NCBI GenBank assembly: GCA_049968515.1
Contig: JBMFQR010000006.1
Span: 6,648 to 70,647, forward strand
DNA from: Brevinematia bacterium
Lineage (GTDB): Bacteria > Spirochaetota > Brevinematia > Brevinematales > JAOACQ01
DNA length: 64,000 nucleotides
Reading direction: 5' to 3'
A model generated the notes under the pieces. The model worked only from the letters and a program-made list of their open reading frames with translations, made no database searches and had not been told where the DNA came from. Of the stretch, positions 29,436-38,255 are shown one piece after another (position 1 is the stretch's first letter; each line of letters opens with the position of its first letter). The translations under genes were made by a program, and so were the position numbers.

Positions 29436-30428
29436 GTGAGGGAAAAATTGAACAACTATCTTGAATTTATGCTTTTTGATTCTGATTTAGAGCCATCTGG
29501 TCTACCTGATGGAATGGTTTTTCTTGAGGGAGAAAAACTTCTTCTGCTTGAAGAAAAAGAAAAAAAGCTCAAAGAGCTTTTTACTGCCAAGGGCTATAAG
29601 AAGGTGGTTCCGCCAGCTTTTGAGTACTATGAGACCTATGAAAAGGCTGGCGGAGAACAGGTTGCAAGAAGAAGCTTTTCTTTCAAGGATAAAGATGGAA
29701 AGCTTTTATCCTTGAGATTTGATATGACCACTCCCATTGCGAGAATGGTGGCACACAGGTACAAGAATGTGAAGAGATTGAAATTTTATTATTGTGGAAA
29801 TGTATATAGAGAACAACCATTTCACAAAGGGAAATTGAGACAGATAAGGCAAACCGGAATTGAATTTATAGGAGAAAACTCCTTTGCTGCAGAACTTGAG
29901 GTTATAGAGATTTTTAGAGATAGCCTATCATTGCTTTCTGATAATTATGTTATAGTCATTGGCGATGTAAGACCTTACAAAAAGATTTTAGAGAAACTTA
30001 ACCTCGGTGAAACAAAAACAAAGGCTGTGGAAAAGATTTTTAATAGAAAGGATCTAACCTCTCTTGAAATATTGTTAAGGGATATAGACTCAGAGGAAAA
30101 AGATAAAGAATACTTAATAAACCTTATTAATTTCACTGGTAAACCAGAGATTTTAAGAAAAGAATTAAAAGATAAATTTCCAGAAGATATCTGCAGTATA
30201 ATGGAAGATTTTTTCGGGTTATATGACAGGCTTTCAATATTAACAAAAGATAAGATAATCTTTGACTTTGCAATGATTAAAGATTTTTCTTACTATTCAT
30301 CACTTACAATGGAAGGCTATATTGAGGGCAAGGGCTATGCCGTTGGCAGTGGAGGAAGATATGATGAATTATTTAAAAGATTTGAGTGTGATTTGCCAGC
30401 CATAGGTTTTGCTATTCAATTAGATTAA
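29436..30428 (+). CDS. hisZ: ATP phosphoribosyltransferase regulatory subunit
   Basis: HisRS-like LRFDMTTPIAR, QTGIE, GSGGRYD, PAIGFA; lacks the anticodon domain; directly before purA. Confidence 0.88.
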   Translation: MREKLNNYLEFMLFDSDLEPSGLPDGMVFLEGEKLLLLEEKEKKLKELFTAKGYKKVVPPAFEYYETYEKAGGEQVARRSFSFKDKDGKLLSLRFDMTTPIARMVAHRYKNVKRLKFYYCGNVYREQPFHKGKLRQIRQTGIEFIGENSFAAELEVIEIFRDSLSLLSDNYVIVIGDVRPYKKILEKLNLGETKTKAVEKIFNRKDLTSLEILLRDIDSEEKDKEYLINLINFTGKPEILRKELKDKFPEDICSIMEDFFGLYDRLSILTKDKIIFDFAMIKDFSYYSSLTMEGYIEGKGYAVGSGGRYDELFKRFECDLPAIGFAIQLD

Positions 30429-30466
30429 GAATTACGAATTATAAAAAATAATTTCAGGGGTATAAA

Positions 30467-31741
30467 ATGATTTATATAATTACCGGAACTCAATGGGGAG
30501 ATGAGGGAAAGGCAAAGGTAGTGGATTTTTTTGCACCTGATTTTGACTTTGTTGTAAGATTTCAGGGAGGTGCAAATGCCGGTCACACTGTAAGGTTTAA
30601 AGAGAAAAGGTTTGTTTTTCATCTTATCCCGTCTGGCATTTTAAGAGAGAATGTCGTCTGCATAGTTGGCAACGGAGTTGTAGTTGAACTTTCGGAGCTT
30701 GTAAAGGAGATCGAGCTTATTTCAAAGGAGATTGATATAGATAGAAGATTATGGATAAGTAATAAAGCTCATATTGTAATGCCCTATCATAAGCTTATGG
30801 ATATGTCAAAGGAAAAAATTTCGGGTGCTAACATTGGTACAACTCTCAGAGGGATTGGTCCTTGCTATGTAGATAAAGCTGACAGATTGGGAATAAGAAT
30901 GTGTGATCTCTTGGGTAGAAAAGAGGATCTGACTGAAAAAATCAAAAAAGCTTACGAAGTGAAAAAATTCCTCTTTGAAAACTACTACAGGCTTGAAAAT
31001 ATACCATCCATTGAAAGTATAGTCGATGAGGTGTGTGGTTATACAGATAGAATTGCAAAATATATTGCCGACACAGAAAAAATTCTTCGAGATGCCCACA
31101 GGGAAAGAAAAAACATTCTTTTTGAGGGAGCACAGGGTGGATTGCTGGATGTTGATTTTGGTACATATCCTTACGTTACCTCATCAAATACAATCTCTGC
31201 CGGTGCACTTACAGGCAGTGGTATAGGTGCCTTTGATATTGCAAATATCGTAGGAATTACTAAGGCTTATATTACAAGGGTTGGTGGCGGACCATTTCCC
31301 ACAGAATTGAAGGATGAAACAGGAGAATTCTTAAGAGAAAAGGGTATGGAGTTTGGTGCCACAACAGGCAGGCCAAGAAGATGTGGCTGGTTTGATGGAG
31401 TGGCAACAAAATATTCTGTCGATATAAATGGGATAAAAGAGATTTTTCTTACAAAGATTGATGTTCTTGATGGACTTGATAAAATAAGTGTGTGCACTCA
31501 ATATGAGACATCAAATGGAAAATATAAAAATTACTTTCCTGCTGATTCTCAAGAACTTGCCTCTGTAAAGCCAGTATATGTAGAATTACCGGGGTGGAAT
31601 GAGAAGACTTTTGGAGTAAGAGAATATAGAAAACTCCCGGATAATGCAAAAAGATATATTGAATTCATTGAGACTTTACTGGAAAGGAAAATCTCATATA
31701 TCTCTACAGGATTTGAAAGAGATGATGTGATAATAAGATAA
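30467..31741 (+). CDS. purA: adenylosuccinate synthetase
   Basis: QWGDEGK, GGANAGHT, EGAQG, GATTGRPRRCGW. Confidence 0.97.
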   Translation: MIYIITGTQWGDEGKAKVVDFFAPDFDFVVRFQGGANAGHTVRFKEKRFVFHLIPSGILRENVVCIVGNGVVVELSELVKEIELISKEIDIDRRLWISNKAHIVMPYHKLMDMSKEKISGANIGTTLRGIGPCYVDKADRLGIRMCDLLGRKEDLTEKIKKAYEVKKFLFENYYRLENIPSIESIVDEVCGYTDRIAKYIADTEKILRDAHRERKNILFEGAQGGLLDVDFGTYPYVTSSNTISAGALTGSGIGAFDIANIVGITKAYITRVGGGPFPTELKDETGEFLREKGMEFGATTGRPRRCGWFDGVATKYSVDINGIKEIFLTKIDVLDGLDKISVCTQYETSNGKYKNYFPADSQELASVKPVYVELPGWNEKTFGVREYRKLPDNAKRYIEFIETLLERKISYISTGFERDDVIIR

Positions 31742-31742
31742 A

Positions 31743-31825
31743 TGGGCAGGGGTGGATTCGAACCACCGAAGGCAATCGCCAGCAGATTTACAGTCTGCCC
31801 CCTTTGGCCACTCGGGTACCTACCC
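31743..31825 (-). tRNA. tRNA-Tyr (GTA), CCA not encoded
   Basis: minus strand GGGTAGG...GCAGA-CTGTAAA-TCTGC...GGTTCGAATCC...CCTGCCC-A. Confidence 0.96.
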
Positions 31826-31845
31826 AATCATCGCTTCAGTAATAT

Positions 31846-31874
31846 ATTTTACATAAAAATTCTGAAATTGTCAA
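31846..31874 (-). promoter_or_regulatory. sigma70 promoter of tRNA-Tyr
   Basis: minus strand TTGACA-17 bp-TAAAAT. Confidence 0.75.
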
Positions 31875-31999
31875 CTTAGTGAATTGAATTTGTAAAAGCC
31901 TTTTATTTTATAAATTTACACCTTACAGATGAACAGGTTAACAAAAACCTCCAGAAGATATTATAACACAAGTGGGGATGCAAGAAGTTTTTGAAAAGT

Positions 32000-33673
32000 T
32001 TATCTACCTTTTCTATTTTTTAACTTTGCCCAACTATCTTTCAAGGTTACTGTTCTGTTAAAGATAAGCTTTCCCTCTTTTGCTGCCTTTGAATCAAGAC
32101 AGAAATATCCAATTCTCAAAAACTGATAATTTTCGCCTACCTTTGCATCTTTTAAAGCCTCTTCACCGTAGCATTTCTCTTTAATTACAAGAGAGGCTGG
32201 ATTTAATTCCTCTCTCCAGTTTTCTCCAACTTCTGGGACAAGGAAAAGATTGTCATATAGATTTACCTGTAAGGGTAAGGCAAATTTTAGGGAAACCCAG
32301 TGAAGTGTCCCCTTTACCATTCTTCCATCCGGGCTCCCGCCACCCCTTGATTCAGGGTCGTATGTGCATATTAGCTCCGTTACCTCGCCCTGCTCATTCT
32401 TAATAACTTCCTTGCAGGTAATATAGTAAGCATACTTAAGCCTTACCTCTTTACCCGGCGAGAGTCTGAAATAATCCTTCGGAGGATTTTCCATAAAGTC
32501 ATCTCTTTCAATGTATAATTCTCTTGTGAAGGCTATCTTTCTTGTCCCGACGGATGGATCTTCTGGATTATTCTCAGCGTCAAAGTATTCTACTCTGTCA
32601 GACGGGTAGTTTTCAATCGTAACCTTTAAAGGATTTATAACAACCATTCTTCTTAGTGCCCTTTTATTCAGGTCTTCACGAATGGCATATTCAAGCATTG
32701 AAAGTTCTACAGTGCTATTTGCCTTTGCAACTCCTACCATTTTGACAAAACTCTTTATGGCTTCAGGTGTATAACCCCTTCTTCTTAATCCACTCAAGGT
32801 TGGCATTCTTGGGTCATCCCACCCATCAACAAAACCCTCCTCCACCAGTGCAAGAAGCTTTCTCTTTGACAATACTGTATATGTTATATTAAGCCTTGCA
32901 AACTCTATCTGTTTTGGTCTCGGGGCTGGAAATAGCTTTTCTAAAAACCAGTCGTAAAGAGACCTGTGGTCTTCAAACTCAAGTGTACAAAGGGAGTGTG
33001 TTATACCCTCAAAGTAATCGGAAAGGGGATGGGCAAAGTCATACATTGGATAAATGCACCATTTGTCTTTCGTTCTGTGATGAGCGGCCCTCATAATTCT
33101 GTAGATTACTGGATCACGCATATTGATATTGCCAGAAGCCATATCTATCTTTGCCCTCAGGGTTTTAGAGCCATCCGGAAATTCTCCAGCTCTCATTCTT
33201 TCAAAGAGGTCTAAATTTTCTTCTATACTTCTGTTTCTATAGGGACTTTCTCTACCCGGCTCTTTTAAAGTACCCCTGTATTCTTTTATTTCTTCAGGGG
33301 AAAGATCGCATACATAGGCAAGTCCCATCTTTATCAGTCTTACCGCACATTCATAGAATCTTTCGTAGTAGTCAGAAGCATATTTCACTTCTCCATTCCA
33401 GTTAAAGCCAAGCCACTTAATATCCTCTTTTATTGATTCAACATATTCCACATCTTCTTTCATGGGATTCGTGTCATCCATTCTCAAATTGCATTTTCCG
33501 CCAAACTTTTCAGCTATTCCAAAATCAACACATATAGCCTTTGCATGTCCTATGTGGAGATAGCCATTTGGCTCCGGGGGAAATCTTGTGATAACTTTAT
33601 CATAAACCCCCTTTTTCAAATCCTCTTCAATAATCTCCTCTATGAAATTCTTTTCGATTAAATTTTCCGCCAT
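32000..33673 (-). CDS. glnS: glutamine--tRNA ligase
   Basis: [48 protein letters not shown]. Confidence 0.96.
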   Translation of the reverse strand: MAENLIEKNFIEEIIEEDLKKGVYDKVITRFPPEPNGYLHIGHAKAICVDFGIAEKFGGKCNLRMDDTNPMKEDVEYVESIKEDIKWLGFNWNGEVKYASDYYERFYECAVRLIKMGLAYVCDLSPEEIKEYRGTLKEPGRESPYRNRSIEENLDLFERMRAGEFPDGSKTLRAKIDMASGNINMRDPVIYRIMRAAHHRTKDKWCIYPMYDFAHPLSDYFEGITHSLCTLEFEDHRSLYDWFLEKLFPAPRPKQIEFARLNITYTVLSKRKLLALVEEGFVDGWDDPRMPTLSGLRRRGYTPEAIKSFVKMVGVAKANSTVELSMLEYAIREDLNKRALRRMVVINPLKVTIENYPSDRVEYFDAENNPEDPSVGTRKIAFTRELYIERDDFMENPPKDYFRLSPGKEVRLKYAYYITCKEVIKNEQGEVTELICTYDPESRGGGSPDGRMVKGTLHWVSLKFALPLQVNLYDNLFLVPEVGENWREELNPASLVIKEKCYGEEALKDAKVGENYQFLRIGYFCLDSKAAKEGKLIFNRTVTLKDSWAKLKNRKGR

Positions 33674-33757
33674 TATGAGCCTTTATTTTAAGAATATAGA
33701 ATATTTTAAACTAAAAATCTTCTTTTATCAAAAAATAATGGCTTTGAGTTTTAAAAA

Positions 33758-35257
33758 TTATTCAAGAGCTTCCATAATAGCATAGTATGCTTTTTTTCTA
33801 TTGTAATTTTTATCAAATATCAAAGCATCTCCATACGAATTATCATAAAACCATGGGATCCATGAGTACTTATCAGTAAATCCCCATAGAAGGATAGCTT
33901 TAACATTTTGGTTTGATAGAGCCATTGTAAATAGCTGCTTATAGATATCTGCTTGCTTGTTTATATCAATATCCTTTGCGGGCATTGGAATTCTTACGTC
34001 CACTTCTGTGATATGTATCTCTACACCGAGCCCAGCAAGTCTCTGTAAATTTGCAGCAAAATTATCGTTCATAGGATAGCCGCTTGTATCAATATGCATC
34101 TGGAGCCCTACACCATCGATAAGCCCTTTGGCTTTTAAATTGCTTACAAGAAGGAAGGTTTCATATGATTTATTGTTCCATCCGTTATAGCCTTCATTAC
34201 CGTAATCGTTATAAAAGAGTTTCGCAGTTGGGTCAGCAGCTCTTGCAAGACTAAAGGCATATTCTACATATTGATTTCCAAGATTTGTCCACCAGAAGCT
34301 TTTTCTTAAAGAATTTGGATATCCACTTGTAGTAGGGTCATCATCTATTGCTTCATTTACGACATCCCAGTAGCTGACTTTGTTTGAATATCTTTTCATT
34401 ACAGTGTAAATGTGATTTGATAGAATATTGCTTATTGCCGTTGGATTAATTATAGTTGAAACCCAGCTACTTTGTAGATGCCATAGAAGAGTATGCCCTC
34501 TAATCTTCATATTGTTTGCAATTGCTGTGTTTACTATCAGGTCTGCATTTGCGTAGTCAAAGTTATTGCTTGATGGCTCAATTAATTCAAATTTCATATG
34601 ATTTTCTGGAACAACCATGTTAAATTCTCTAACAAGAGTGTTTGAGTATAAAGGTTCATTTTTTAAAGGATCTGGTGTTACGGCTGCCCCTATATAAATT
34701 CCTCTAAGTGATGCAAGGAGTCTTAAAGTCTTTTCTTTTGGATTAATGTTGAAAAAGTTTCCAATATTCCAGTTTGATAGATTATCAAAAAAAGTTGGAT
34801 TTGATATTTTTTCTTCATCGTTATTTGATATAGAAAGTATGTCAAGCATCACTATTTGCGAGGGATTTATGTTTGAAAGTGCAAATATGACTCTTACATT
34901 TGTAGAGTAAGTTAAATTAGGACTAAAAGAATATGTGCGTGTAACAAATCTATTTGTTAGATTGAAGTTTGTTTCAAAAAGCAAATTGTCTGAAATATAG
35001 AGTCTTATATAACCATAGCCATAGTTTGTTATGGAAGCCGATTTTACCCTTATGATAGTCTCCTTTGAAAGATCTAAGTTTACTTCTTGTTCTATAACAT
35101 TGGTAAGACCTAAAAGAGCAGTACTGCTTGATATTTCAATATAGTATAGATCAAAATCTGTAATTTTTGAACTGGTTGAATTATTTTCATTTGAAGGAAC
35201 ATTGCTACACCCAGCATATAAAAGAATCAATAAGATGGCCAAAAATCTTAGTTTCAT
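33758..35257 (-). CDS. GH10 endo-1,4-beta-xylanase lipoprotein with an N-terminal CBM-like region
   Basis: lipobox LYAGC; PENHMK, RGHTLLWH, WDVVNEA, NDY, GLQMH, ITEVD. Confidence 0.93.
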   Translation of the reverse strand: MKLRFLAILLILLYAGCSNVPSNENNSTSSKITDFDLYYIEISSSTALLGLTNVIEQEVNLDLSKETIIRVKSASITNYGYGYIRLYISDNLLFETNFNLTNRFVTRTYSFSPNLTYSTNVRVIFALSNINPSQIVMLDILSISNNDEEKISNPTFFDNLSNWNIGNFFNINPKEKTLRLLASLRGIYIGAAVTPDPLKNEPLYSNTLVREFNMVVPENHMKFELIEPSSNNFDYANADLIVNTAIANNMKIRGHTLLWHLQSSWVSTIINPTAISNILSNHIYTVMKRYSNKVSYWDVVNEAIDDDPTTSGYPNSLRKSFWWTNLGNQYVEYAFSLARAADPTAKLFYNDYGNEGYNGWNNKSYETFLLVSNLKAKGLIDGVGLQMHIDTSGYPMNDNFAANLQRLAGLGVEIHITEVDVRIPMPAKDIDINKQADIYKQLFTMALSNQNVKAILLWGFTDKYSWIPWFYDNSYGDALIFDKNYNRKKAYYAIMEALE

Positions 35258-35479
35258 ATAAACCTCCTCTAAAATTTCAATAATATTATTACTTTATTTT
35301 AAAATAAAAACTGAAAAAATTCTTATTTTTTCATTCCTTCGCAAATGCTTAAAAACATAGTTGAGAATTATAATAGTGTTTCATTGGTAGTGTTAATCTC
35401 AATGAATAGATAAAAATATTTTATAGGGCTTACTTTTTAGTTAAGTATAGTTAAAAAACAAATGAAAAGGAGAAATTAA

Positions 35480-35593
35480 ATGATAATAAAGTTAGTGTAT
35501 AAATTTTTTACTTTCCTTGGAGAAACTATTCCACTATTGACTTGGAATGACACTGGTAAAACTTTACTTTTTAATTCCTTGACACTAATTTAA
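35480..35593 (+). CDS. candidate 37-aa small protein
   Basis: AAGGAG SD 7 nt before ATG; MIIKLVYKFFTFLGETIPLLTWNDTGKTLLFNSLTLI*; no homology recognised. Confidence 0.3.
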   Translation: MIIKLVYKFFTFLGETIPLLTWNDTGKTLLFNSLTLI

Positions 35594-35652
35594 AATGAAG
35601 TTAAATTATATGGGTTAGTTTTTTAACAAATTTTTTTGTTAAGGGGATTTTT

Positions 35653-37188
35653 ATGAACGGCGCAACATTATTGTTTGCTATCCCCTCTCTTGTTATAGGA
35701 ATTGTAGTGGGATATTTAATAAGAATAGTTATTGCGAGATACCGATTAAATTCTGCTGAAGAGAAAGTAAAGGAGATTTTAGAGGAGGCAGAAAGAGAAG
35801 CAGAAACAAGAAAAAAAGAGGCTATTTTAGAAGCAAAAGACAGGCTATTAGAGGAAAGAAAAAAGCTGGAAGAAGAATTTAAGGAGAAATCTTACGAAAT
35901 TCAGCAATCCCAGAGAAGACTTATTCAGAAAGAGGATTTTCTTGATAAGAAGTATGAGTTTATGCAGAAGAAGGAAAGAGAGCTTGAAGAGGAAGAAAAG
36001 AATATCAAGAAAAAGTCAGCTGAGTTACAGAAAGCCTATGAGAAGCACATCAAGGAGTTAGAGCGTGTAGCAAAAATGACTGCAGAGGAAGCTAAAAAGG
36101 CTCTGATGAATGAGATGCTTGAAGAAGCAAAGAGAGAGTCGCTGGTCTATATTAAGAAGATTGAAGAAGAGGCAAAGGAAGAGGCAGAAAAGAAATCACG
36201 AGAGATAATTGTTTCTGCAATACAGAGAAATGCTGCAGATGTGACGGCAGAAAAGACAATTTCTACTATTACATTACCTAATGACGAGATGAAGGGGAGA
36301 ATTATTGGTAGGGAGGGAAGGAATATAAGAGCTTTTGAATCTATAGCGGGGGTTGATCTTGTTATTGATGATACTCCTGAAGTGGTTGTCATTTCCTCCT
36401 TTGATCCTTACAGAAGGGAGATTGCAAAGCTATCACTTGAAAAATTGATTGCAGATGGAAGAATCCATCCTGCAAGAATAGAAGAGATTATTGCAAAGGT
36501 AGAAAAGGAGATTTCACAAGAGATATTTGAGGATGGAAAGAGAGCCTGTATAGAGCTCAAGATTAATCTTCCAAGAGACCTATACTCCTATATAGGTAAG
36601 CTGAAATACAGAACGAGCTATGGGCAGAATGTATATTATCACTCAATCGAAGTTGCAAACATAGCAGGCATAATAGCAGGGGAGGTAAACTCCAATGTAG
36701 ATTATGCAAAGATGGCTGGCTTATTGCACGATATTGGCAAGGGGATAAACACTATTGGCGAAGGAGTTCACTCAACCTTGGGAGCTGAAGTTGCTCACAA
36801 GTATGGGTTACCGGAAAATGTAGTGAATGCAATAGCAGCCCATCATGGAGAGGTTGAGGCAAAGTTTATTGAGGCACCAATCGTTATGGCTGCGGATGCC
36901 ATATCGGCTTCAAGACCCGGTGCGAGAAGAGAATCATTTGAAGACTATCTGAAAAGATTGCAGACACTTGAAGCTATAGCTACCTCCTTTGAAGGTATTG
37001 AGAAGGCTTATGCGATTCAGGCCGGTAGAGAGGTAAGGGTCTTCGTGAAAAGTGATATTGTTACAGATGAAAAGGCATATCTTATAGCGAGAGATATTGC
37101 CAGAAAGATTGAGAGCGAAATGAAATATCCGGGACAGATAAAAGTAACATTGATAAGAGAAACAAGGGTGATTGAGTACGCAAGGTAA
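35653..37188 (+). CDS. rny: ribonuclease Y
   Basis: N-terminal TM, coiled coil, KH motif KGRIIGREGRNIR, HD motif LLHDIGK, YAIQAGREVRV. Confidence 0.97.
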   Translation: MNGATLLFAIPSLVIGIVVGYLIRIVIARYRLNSAEEKVKEILEEAEREAETRKKEAILEAKDRLLEERKKLEEEFKEKSYEIQQSQRRLIQKEDFLDKKYEFMQKKERELEEEEKNIKKKSAELQKAYEKHIKELERVAKMTAEEAKKALMNEMLEEAKRESLVYIKKIEEEAKEEAEKKSREIIVSAIQRNAADVTAEKTISTITLPNDEMKGRIIGREGRNIRAFESIAGVDLVIDDTPEVVVISSFDPYRREIAKLSLEKLIADGRIHPARIEEIIAKVEKEISQEIFEDGKRACIELKINLPRDLYSYIGKLKYRTSYGQNVYYHSIEVANIAGIIAGEVNSNVDYAKMAGLLHDIGKGINTIGEGVHSTLGAEVAHKYGLPENVVNAIAAHHGEVEAKFIEAPIVMAADAISASRPGARRESFEDYLKRLQTLEAIATSFEGIEKAYAIQAGREVRVFVKSDIVTDEKAYLIARDIARKIESEMKYPGQIKVTLIRETRVIEYAR

Positions 37189-37204
37189 TAAAAGTAAGGG
37201 ATTT

Positions 37205-37233
37205 CACTCTCACTGCTTTAGGCAGTGGGAGTG
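37205..37233 (+). terminator. hairpin after rny (weak U tail; terminator or stabilising stem)
   Basis: CACTCTCACTGCT-TTA-GGCAGTGGGAGTG. Confidence 0.55.
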
Positions 37234-37280
37234 TGTCTATGTTAACCTTAAATCCCTTTATTGTTTAAAACGGGTTTTAT

Positions 37281-38255
37281 ATGTCAGATTTCCCTTCACC
37301 GGAAAAATATAGACAGGGTATCAGTAAGTCACATCTTGCCGGCTTAAATTCCTATGGGATAAAAACCACCTATCCTTTTGTCATTAAAAGAGAAAAGAAC
37401 CAGTATTTATATGACATTGATGGCAATAAATATGTGGACTTTTTTTTAAACAATGGTAGTGTAATAGCTGGGCACAACCAGAAGAATCTTACTCTTTACA
37501 TAAAGGATGCAATATCATTGTCTACCGAGTCTGTGTTTATAAATAAGTTTTACTATAAACTTGTAAGGTATTTTAAGTCAATTATTGATATTAAACATAT
37601 TCAGCTTTATCCTTCACAATTTGAGGCAATGTTTGAACTACTTAAATTTTTAAGGCCTTCAAGTATTGCTGTAAATTCACACTTTCTTTTTAATTTTCTT
37701 AAAGAATTCTTTCCCGGGATTGAAATAGATTACGTCTTCACAACCAAGAAGAAGAATTTTGATCTTTTTATTTTTGAGCCTCTAAATTTTGACAAAAATC
37801 TGGAAATCTTCGATTTCAAGGAAATAATGGCAAAAAAATATTGTCTTTTTGAAAGCCGGACAGCTTTTAGAACAAGATATGGATTTTTTGAAGATCTTGA
37901 AAGTGTGGATTTTGTATTTTGTGGGAATATAATATCAAATGGAATGGATAGCTGTGTAATTATTTCAAGAGAGAGTATTCCCCAGAAAATAATTCCGGGA
38001 TTTTTAGCACTTAATATTCTTGAGACATTAAAATATTACAGGAGAAAAGAGGTTTACTCAAAATTTCTTTCCGCCAAAAGCGAGCTTATTTCCTCTCAAA
38101 AAGGTGGTATTTTAAAACTGACAAAAGAGGTAGAAGCAGATGAACTCTTGCGATACGGGATATTTCTAAAAGGGAGTACATTGTTTTTGAGTATTCTGCA
38201 CACTGAAAATGATATAAAAAGATTGATAAATGCTTTGAAGATCAGAGGTTTATAA
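37281..38255 (+). CDS. degenerate class-III aminotransferase/GSA-aminomutase-like protein
   Basis: YLYDIDGNKYVDF...IAGH and FLSILHTENDI match HemL ends; about 100 aa shorter; PLP-Lys motif altered. Confidence 0.7.
   Translation: MSDFPSPEKYRQGISKSHLAGLNSYGIKTTYPFVIKREKNQYLYDIDGNKYVDFFLNNGSVIAGHNQKNLTLYIKDAISLSTESVFINKFYYKLVRYFKSIIDIKHIQLYPSQFEAMFELLKFLRPSSIAVNSHFLFNFLKEFFPGIEIDYVFTTKKKNFDLFIFEPLNFDKNLEIFDFKEIMAKKYCLFESRTAFRTRYGFFEDLESVDFVFCGNIISNGMDSCVIISRESIPQKIIPGFLALNILETLKYYRRKEVYSKFLSAKSELISSQKGGILKLTKEVEADELLRYGIFLKGSTLFLSILHTENDIKRLINALKIRGL

Noticed and set aside
31549-31827. 92-aa ORF MGRYPSGQRGQTVNLL...
   Set aside because: It is the translation of tRNA-Tyr plus antisense purA.
35258-35652. 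6S RNA, often found upstream of rny
   Set aside because: No long GC-containing rod with a central bubble is visible.
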